Source: Dehalococcoidia bacterium | Lineage (GTDB): Bacteria; Chloroflexota; Dehalococcoidia; Bin125 | Assembly: GCA_963663895.2 (NCBI GenBank) | Contig: CAXXRD010000001.1 | Location: 824,801-888,800 of the forward strand | Length of the DNA: 64,000 bases | Direction: 5' to 3' | Shown here: positions 57,987 to 64,000 of the stretch, piece by piece | Position numbering within the stretch: the stretch's first letter is position 1 | Layout of the letters: every line of letters begins with the position of its first letter | The notes under the pieces: generated by a model | Told to the model about the DNA's origin: nothing | Database searches by the model: none | Seen by the model: only the letters and a program-made list of their open reading frames with translations | Made by a program: the position numbers and the translations under genes

Positions 57987-58925
57987 ATGGCGAAGCCGGG
58001 ATTCATTATTTCAGCGCATTTGGGACAACGGCGGCAGGTGGTGGAGTTGGCGGTGGAGTTGGAGCGGCGGGGGTTCCCCTTCGTCCTCTGCCCGCACGAC
58101 TACAGTCCGATCCTCAATGCGAAGGGGGCGCAGCCGCCTCCATACGACGCCTTGAGCCTCTGCACGGCGGTGATCCAGGCGACGCATACGATCAAGGTGG
58201 GCAGCGGCATCGCGGTGACCTATACGCGGCACCCGGCGGAGATGGCGGCGGCCGCGAGCTTCAACCACGAGTTGAGCGAGGGCCGTTTCATCCTGGGCTT
58301 GGGACCGGGACACAACGGGATCTTGCAGCGCTACAAGATCCCCACGGAGAAGCCGCTCAGTCACATGAAGAATTACACGGCGCAAGTCCGGGCGGCGTTC
58401 GCCGACTGGTCTCAACCGCCGATCATCTGGGCGACGCTGCGCAAGAAGATGACGACGCTGACGGGGCAGGAGGCGGACGGATTGCTGGCCAACAACTGGG
58501 CGCTGTCCCAGGTGCGGGAGCAACTGCGCGTGCTGCCGCCGGAGCGGCAGAGCGGTGACTATATCCGCGGGGCGATCGTGCCGGCGTTCGTGGGGGACCG
58601 CAGCGAGGGGTTGGCGGCGATCCGGAACGTCCTGAGCTTCTACACGACGATGCAGAATTACGTGGAGTACTACCACCAAGCCGGTTTCGGCGAGTCCGCG
58701 GAGGCGGCCAAGGCTGCGATGGCAGCGGGCGATCGAGACGCGGCGCGCGCCGCGATCCCCGATGCGATGGCGGACGAGATGGGGATCGTGGGCACCGCCG
58801 CGCAGGTGCGGGAGAGGGCGGAAGCGTGGCAAGACGCCGGAATCAACTGGCTGGCGCTGTCGTCGCTCCAGTCATCGGGGAGTCAGTACGACAACATTCT
58901 GCAGATCGCGCGGGCCTGGGACTGA
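57987..58925 (+). CDS. LLM-class flavin-dependent oxidoreductase
   Basis: GSGIAVTYTRHP and LSEGRFILGLG. Confidence 0.85.
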   Translation: MAKPGFIISAHLGQRRQVVELAVELERRGFPFVLCPHDYSPILNAKGAQPPPYDALSLCTAVIQATHTIKVGSGIAVTYTRHPAEMAAAASFNHELSEGRFILGLGPGHNGILQRYKIPTEKPLSHMKNYTAQVRAAFADWSQPPIIWATLRKKMTTLTGQEADGLLANNWALSQVREQLRVLPPERQSGDYIRGAIVPAFVGDRSEGLAAIRNVLSFYTTMQNYVEYYHQAGFGESAEAAKAAMAAGDRDAARAAIPDAMADEMGIVGTAAQVRERAEAWQDAGINWLALSSLQSSGSQYDNILQIARAWD

Positions 58926-58949
58926 TCCGGGCGAGGCGGATCAGGCGGG

Positions 58950-59786
58950 CTAGGCGATGGAGTAGCCGCCGCTGGCGCGGATGGTTACGCCGGTGATCCA
59001 GGTGGCGCGATCGGAGCAGAGATAGACGACCGGATCGGCGACATCGCTGGGGACGCCTAGGCGGTCGTAGCCCTTGCCCATGGGGTAGAGGCGCAGCATG
59101 GCGGCCATGGCCGCGTCGGACTCCCCGGAGTCGGCGGTGTCGCGGGCGCCGGCGGGGCCGCGGCGCCCGGTGTCGGACGTGGCGCCGGGCGAGACGCAAT
59201 TGACGTTGATGCGGAAGCGGCCGAGCTCCTTGGCCAAGGCGCGGCTGAACCCGATCACGCCGGCTTTGGCCATGGAATAGACGACGAGGCGGGGCTCGCC
59301 GACGATGCCGGCATCCGAGATCAGGCTCACGATCTTGCCGTAGCTATTCTCCATCATGTGCGGCACGACCGCTTGGGTGCAGTGCAGCACGCCGTACGTG
59401 ATGACGCGCATCGTGCGGTCCCAGCCCTCGGGATCGGTATCGATGAAGTACTTGCCGGTAGCGGAGGGGAGGTCGGCGCCGCCGACGTCGGTGGGACGAA
59501 GGGGAATGCCGGCGTTGTTGATCAGGATCTCGAGCCGGCCGAACTCGGCGATGGTTTGCTCGACCATGGCATCGATGGCAGGGCGATCGGTGACATCGGC
59601 CTTGATACCGATGGCGTTGCCGCCGGCGGCCTTGATCTCGCCGGCGACGGCGTCGGCGCGGTCTTGATCGATGTCATTGACGACCACGTTGACGCCTTCT
59701 TCGGCGAGCGTCAGCGCGATGCGGCGGCCAATGCCGCGCCCGGAGCCAGTGACAATGCCGGTCTTCCCTTGCAGGCCGAGGTCCAT
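58950..59786 (-). CDS. SDR family oxidoreductase
   Basis: TGSGRGIG, NNAG, YSMAK and WITGVTIRASGG. Confidence 0.92.
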   Translation of the reverse strand: MDLGLQGKTGIVTGSGRGIGRRIALTLAEEGVNVVVNDIDQDRADAVAGEIKAAGGNAIGIKADVTDRPAIDAMVEQTIAEFGRLEILINNAGIPLRPTDVGGADLPSATGKYFIDTDPEGWDRTMRVITYGVLHCTQAVVPHMMENSYGKIVSLISDAGIVGEPRLVVYSMAKAGVIGFSRALAKELGRFRINVNCVSPGATSDTGRRGPAGARDTADSGESDAAMAAMLRLYPMGKGYDRLGVPSDVADPVVYLCSDRATWITGVTIRASGGYSIA

Positions 59787-59907
59787 AGCGGGGCCCTCCT
59801 TCGAGCGTTGCGGGCTGCTGGTCCGCGAGTGTGTCTAACGGGTGGGCGGGGGGCGGTCAATCGGACGGCGCGGCGGTTGGGAAGGGAAAGCGCTTCATTA
59901 CTCGCTG

Positions 59908-60831
59908 CTAGCGCAGCTGCGGGCGCACATTGCTGGCGAAGGCCTCGATGTCCTCCAGCTGCTGCTCGACGTTCCCGTTGACCACGATGTTCATGGCGAT
60001 GTGGGAGACGCCGATCCCTTGCCATGCCGCGATGGTATCGACAAGTTGGTCGTCGCTGCCGTGGAGGGAGCCGTCGTCGAGTCCGTGTTGCCCGTAGTGG
60101 AGGCTGGCGCGGAGGGAGAGAGTGATGGAGGCGGGGTCGCGGTCAACGGCCTCGCAGTCGCGCTGCACAGCGTGCCATTGCTGTTGCACCTGCGCGGGGC
60201 TGCTGTGGAGCGCCACAGCGTGGAAATCATCACCGTAGACGGCGGCGCGGCGGTAGGCGGGAGCGCTATGGCCGCCGACCCAGATGGGAATGCGACCGCG
60301 AAGCGGCTTGGGGTTAAAGCCGATGGGCTCGAAGTCGTAAAAGCGGCCGTGATGTTCGGGCCGTTGCTCGCGAAACAGCGTGCGGAACATCTCGAGTTGC
60401 TCGTCGACCCGCTGGCCGCGGTGGTCCCAAGGCATCTCCAGGACGTCGAACTCTTCCTTCATCCAGCCGACCCCCACGCCGAGGATGAAACGGCCTTGGG
60501 ACAGCACGTCGAGCGTGATGAGCTGCTTGGCATTCCAGACCGGCTGCCGCATGGCCAGCACGAGCACGGAGACGCCGAGCCGCACTTGCTCGGTGCAGGC
60601 GGCGGCGAAGGTGAGCGTCTGAATGGGATCGAGCCAGCCCATGCTGCGGCCGACGGGCAGCTCGTGATCGGGCGCGTACGGATAGGCGCTTTCGATGCGC
60701 TGGGGGAGCGCGACGTGATCGCTGACCCAAAGGGACTCGTAGCCCAGATCCTCGCTCTTCCGGGCCATGCGGGCGACGTTGGCGGCGGTGGCGTCGCGGC
60801 CGATGTGGGGCAGGTGGACACCGAACTGCAT
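59908..60831 (-). CDS. LLM-class F420-dependent oxidoreductase
   Basis: GYESLWVSDH, LDVLSQGRFILGVGVGWMKEEF and PIWVGG. Confidence 0.9.
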   Translation of the reverse strand: MQFGVHLPHIGRDATAANVARMARKSEDLGYESLWVSDHVALPQRIESAYPYAPDHELPVGRSMGWLDPIQTLTFAAACTEQVRLGVSVLVLAMRQPVWNAKQLITLDVLSQGRFILGVGVGWMKEEFDVLEMPWDHRGQRVDEQLEMFRTLFREQRPEHHGRFYDFEPIGFNPKPLRGRIPIWVGGHSAPAYRRAAVYGDDFHAVALHSSPAQVQQQWHAVQRDCEAVDRDPASITLSLRASLHYGQHGLDDGSLHGSDDQLVDTIAAWQGIGVSHIAMNIVVNGNVEQQLEDIEAFASNVRPQLR

Positions 60832-60943
60832 GGAATGCTCCTAAGCATGCGCGTGGCGGACTCCACAAGCGGAGACGGTAGCACTCCTGCCGCGCGCTAT
60901 CCTCGGCCTCCAGCGATCGCTTCCGCAACAGAGAGGCAGGCCG

Positions 60944-61882
60944 ATGACTTCCCCCGCCGCCAGCGCAGCGCCCGCGCGGATCGAAGAGGTAAGCGATGGA
61001 ATCTATGCCTACGTGCAGCCGGACGGGAGCTGGTGTCTCAACAACCCGGCGTTCATCGCGGGGAGCAGCGGGGTAACGTGCGTGGACGCCTGCGCGACCG
61101 AACGGCGCTCGCGGGAGCTGCTGGCGGCGATCGGCCGCACAACGGCGCGGCCGGTCCAGACGCTCGTCAACACGCACCACCATCTGGACCACACCTTCGG
61201 GAACTTCGTGTTCGGGCCCGAGGTGACGATCGTGGGGCACACGCGGTGCCGGGAGGAGATCCTGGAGACGGCGGACGAGATCGTGGAACGCGCCTCCCAG
61301 ATGTTTCCGGGGGTCGATTGGGGCGCGGTCGAGATCGTGGCGCCGACGCTCACCTTGGACCAGCCCCTGACCATCTACGTGGACGCGCTGCGGCTGGAGC
61401 TGATCCCGCTCGCGCCTGCACATACCAGCAACGACGTGGCGGTCTGGATCCCGGAGCGGCGGGTACTGATCGCGGGCGATCTTCTCTTCAACGGGGGGAC
61501 GCCGTTCGCGGCGTTCGGATCCGTGGCGGGATGGCTGGAATCGCTGGAGACGCTGCGCGCCTTCGGGGCGGAGGTGATCGTGCCGGGGCACGGGGAGGTG
61601 TGCGATGCGCGCGTGATCGACGACGTGGCGGATTATCTGCGGTTCGTGCAAACGATCGCGCGAGCGGGCTTCGAGGCAGGCGCCGCGCCGCTGGAGGTCG
61701 CACAGGATGCGGATCTGGGCCGGTTCGCGGAGTGGTCTGATCCGGAGCGCTTGGCGGGGAACCTGCACCGGGCGTACTCGGAGCTACGGGGCGAGCAATG
61801 GGGGGCGCCGATCGACGCGGGCGCCGCGTTCGCGGACGTGATCGCGTCCGCAGGAGGGGGGCCGCTGCGCTGCTTGGCGTAG
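60944..61882 (+). CDS. MBL-fold metallo-hydrolase (cyclase-like)
   Basis: NTHHHLDHTFGN, AHT, AGDL and VPGHG. Confidence 0.9.
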   Translation: MTSPAASAAPARIEEVSDGIYAYVQPDGSWCLNNPAFIAGSSGVTCVDACATERRSRELLAAIGRTTARPVQTLVNTHHHLDHTFGNFVFGPEVTIVGHTRCREEILETADEIVERASQMFPGVDWGAVEIVAPTLTLDQPLTIYVDALRLELIPLAPAHTSNDVAVWIPERRVLIAGDLLFNGGTPFAAFGSVAGWLESLETLRAFGAEVIVPGHGEVCDARVIDDVADYLRFVQTIARAGFEAGAAPLEVAQDADLGRFAEWSDPERLAGNLHRAYSELRGEQWGAPIDAGAAFADVIASAGGGPLRCLA

Positions 61883-61970
61883 AGCGGCAGCGGGCACGGA
61901 TCGCGGTCTCGCCGCGCCGTGCCACGGCCGGCGCCGCCGGGAGATGCAGCGGGAGAGCGAGGAGCGGAGG

Positions 61971-62759
61971 CTAGCCGAGGGCGGCGAGGAAGAGGCGGAT
62001 CTCGGCGGCGACGAGCTCGGGGCGATCGTCCATCACGTAGGTGCCGCCGTCGAGGACGACGCCGCGGGCGCCGGGGTGGGCCGCGCAGGCCTCTTCTTGG
62101 TGCGGCAGGAGCACGTCATCCTTGCCGCTGAGCATCATCAAGGGGCAGCGGACCTGGGGGAGACGGGCGGGCATGTCGTAGCTGAAGACGGCGAGATAGG
62201 CCTCATGCCAGCGAACGCCGGCGCGCAGGGTGTCGACGGTTTCGCGCTGGACCACGTCGAGAGCAGGGCTCGGATCTAAGGACTGGGCGCGCTCCCAGGC
62301 CGTCATGAGATGGCTGCCGTCGGGCTGGATCACCATCGCCTCGGTCTTGTTGATCCAGAACTCGCGCGCGGCCGCGTCCATGTAGGGGGGACCGGCCATC
62401 GTCAAGCTGGCAACGCGCTCCGGGGCGCCGGCGGCCATTTCGCAGCCGATGGAGGCGCCGGTGTGATGCCCGAAAAGATGGAAGCGATCCAAGCCAAGGG
62501 CGCGGGTAGCGGCCAAGAGGGTGCGGGCGTAGCTGGGGACGGTAGGCGAGGGCGGGGGCGGGTCGGACTGGCCGAAGCCGGGGGTATCGAAGGCGTACTG
62601 GGGCCGCTCGCCGGCAAGCTGGGCCATCAGCTTTTCGTACATGGCGGAGGAAGAGGCCGTCTGATGGAGAAAGACGATCGGCGTGCCGGCCCCGGCGTCC
62701 AGCCGGCGGTAGTGGATCTGTGCGGCATCGACTTGGACGTAGGCGCGTTGAATCGGCAT
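61971..62759 (-). CDS. Alpha/beta-fold hydrolase with non-canonical GHHTG elbow
   Basis: FLHQT, DTPGFGQSD and FGHHTGA. Confidence 0.85.
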   Translation of the reverse strand: MPIQRAYVQVDAAQIHYRRLDAGAGTPIVFLHQTASSSAMYEKLMAQLAGERPQYAFDTPGFGQSDPPPPSPTVPSYARTLLAATRALGLDRFHLFGHHTGASIGCEMAAGAPERVASLTMAGPPYMDAAAREFWINKTEAMVIQPDGSHLMTAWERAQSLDPSPALDVVQRETVDTLRAGVRWHEAYLAVFSYDMPARLPQVRCPLMMLSGKDDVLLPHQEEACAAHPGARGVVLDGGTYVMDDRPELVAAEIRLFLAALG

Positions 62760-62914
62760 GGCAGCATCCCTTCACGCGGTGCATGCTAGCGGCTGCAGGG
62801 GCGCGTGAGTCACGCGTTCGTCTACACCCCCGCTGGGCGCACGTATACTCCGCACCGCAGGGTGCCGCTGCGTCCCCGGCGGCGCATGCACGACGCGATA
62901 GAGGGAGGCTGCCC

Positions 62915-63397
62915 ATGCCGGACTTTTCCGTGCTGGGGACGAATCACACGGGGATCACCGTCTCGAACATCGACCGGGCGGTGGCTTTCTACAGCGACGT
63001 GCTGGGCTTCACGCTGCGGGACCGGGGTCCGCGCGACCCGGCCTTCATCGAGCAGGTGGTGGCGGTGCCGGGAGCGGACGTGGAGATCGCTTACATGACG
63101 GCGCCGGGACACACGCTGGAGCTGATCGAGTACCGGGGCCTAGCGGGACGGGGGGCGGTGCGGCCGCGCCCGTCGGACACCGGGGCCACGCATATCGCCT
63201 TCAACGTCGACGCGATCGAGGCGGTGGTGACGGCGGTGCGGGCGGCGGGCTTCACGGTGCTGAGCGACCCGTTGCAAGTGACCGCGGGCCCGAACGCGGG
63301 GGCGAAGGTCGTTTACACGCAGGACCCCGACGGGGTGACGCTCGAGTTCATCCAACCGCCGCCGCACCCGGCCAGTGCGCCAGCGACCGAACCTTAA
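62915..63397 (+). CDS. VOC (glyoxalase) family protein
   Basis: NHTGITVS, LELIEY, HIAF and DPDGVTLE; GGAGG RBS. Confidence 0.9.
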   Translation: MPDFSVLGTNHTGITVSNIDRAVAFYSDVLGFTLRDRGPRDPAFIEQVVAVPGADVEIAYMTAPGHTLELIEYRGLAGRGAVRPRPSDTGATHIAFNVDAIEAVVTAVRAAGFTVLSDPLQVTAGPNAGAKVVYTQDPDGVTLEFIQPPPHPASAPATEP

Positions 63398-64000
63398 GCG
63401 ACCGCGCCCTCTTCGCGCAGCGCGCCGATCTCCGCGCCGCTGTAGCCGGCGTCGCGGAGGATCGCGTCCGTGTGCTCGCCGGGATGCACGGGAGCACCTT
63501 GGACGGCGCCGGGGGTGCGGCTGAAGCGGGGCGCGGGACCCGGCTGGGTGACGCCGCCCACTTCCACGAAGGCCTGGCGATGGCGGGCGTGGGGATGATC
63601 GGGGGCCTCCGCCATGGAGAGCACGGGGGGCGAAGCAGACATCGCTGCCTTCCATGATCTCTTGCCACTGCGCCCGGGTCTTGGAGCGGAAGATGGCGGC
63701 GAGGCGATCCTTCATCGCGGGCCACTGTTGCTCATCGAGCTGGTCGGGGAGCGGGCCGTCGTCGCCTAGACCGGTGAGGCGCACGAGCTCGGCGTAGAAC
63801 TGCGGCTCCATCGAGCCGACCGAGACATACTTGTCATCGGCGGTTTGGTAGACGTCGTAAAAGTGGGAGCCGGTGTCGAGGCGATTGGTGCCGCGCTCCG
63901 CATGCCAGCGGCCGGCGGCGCGCATGCCGTAGAACATGGTCATCAAGATGGCGGCGCCGTCGACCATGGCCGCGTCGACGACCTGACCTTGGCCGGTGCG
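63394..64000 (-). CDS. CaiB/BaiF CoA-transferase (AMACR-like), 5' truncated, with a frameshift at 63625-63630
   Basis: GQVVDAAMVDG, FYDVYQTAD and DVCFAP, then VLSMAEAP...PAPRFSRTP...GEHT in the next frame across a C6 run. Confidence 0.85.

Overview
This is a GC-rich (roughly 70% by eye), gene-dense chromosomal window. It most likely comes from a Chloroflexota (Dehalococcoidia-like) bacterium; this is inferred from AGAAC-N4-GTTCT SOS boxes, scpB/yqeK/DUF503 and many LLM/SDR/CoA-enzyme paralogs. No rRNA, tRNA, CRISPR array, IS or integrase was recognised. In order, the window holds: (1) an orphan CbbQ/NorQ-type AAA + giant VWA chaperone operon with coaE and a metallophosphoesterase; (2) an acyl-CoA catabolic operon (crotonases, two small unknown paralogs, CoA ligase, FadF-like Fe-S membrane oxidoreductase, etfBA); (3) SDR/ACAD/acylase genes; (4) housekeeping genes (HIT, yqeK, ruvB, rimI, cysM); (5) an HspR/HAIR heat-shock locus (hsp20, dnaJ-like, hspR, clpC); (6) a DsbA/FrnE gene with an in-frame TGA at the active-site Cys (probable selenoprotein); (7) PBP2, glxK, scpB; (8) 2-hydroxyisobutyryl-CoA mutase hcmBA; (9) an AT-richer PRTase + DprA-like two-gene island directly behind a perfect LexA box; (10) CoA transferases, transporters, an OYE and F420-type LLM oxidoreductases. 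The most notable items are the SOS-boxed PRTase-DprA (ShosTA-like) module, an SOS-boxed 74-aa Cys/His mini-protein, the UPWC selenoprotein with a SECIS-like hairpin, and the tandem ~80-aa unknown paralogs. Two homopolymer frameshifts suggest long-read assembly errors. All calls come from motif reading; no database searches were run.
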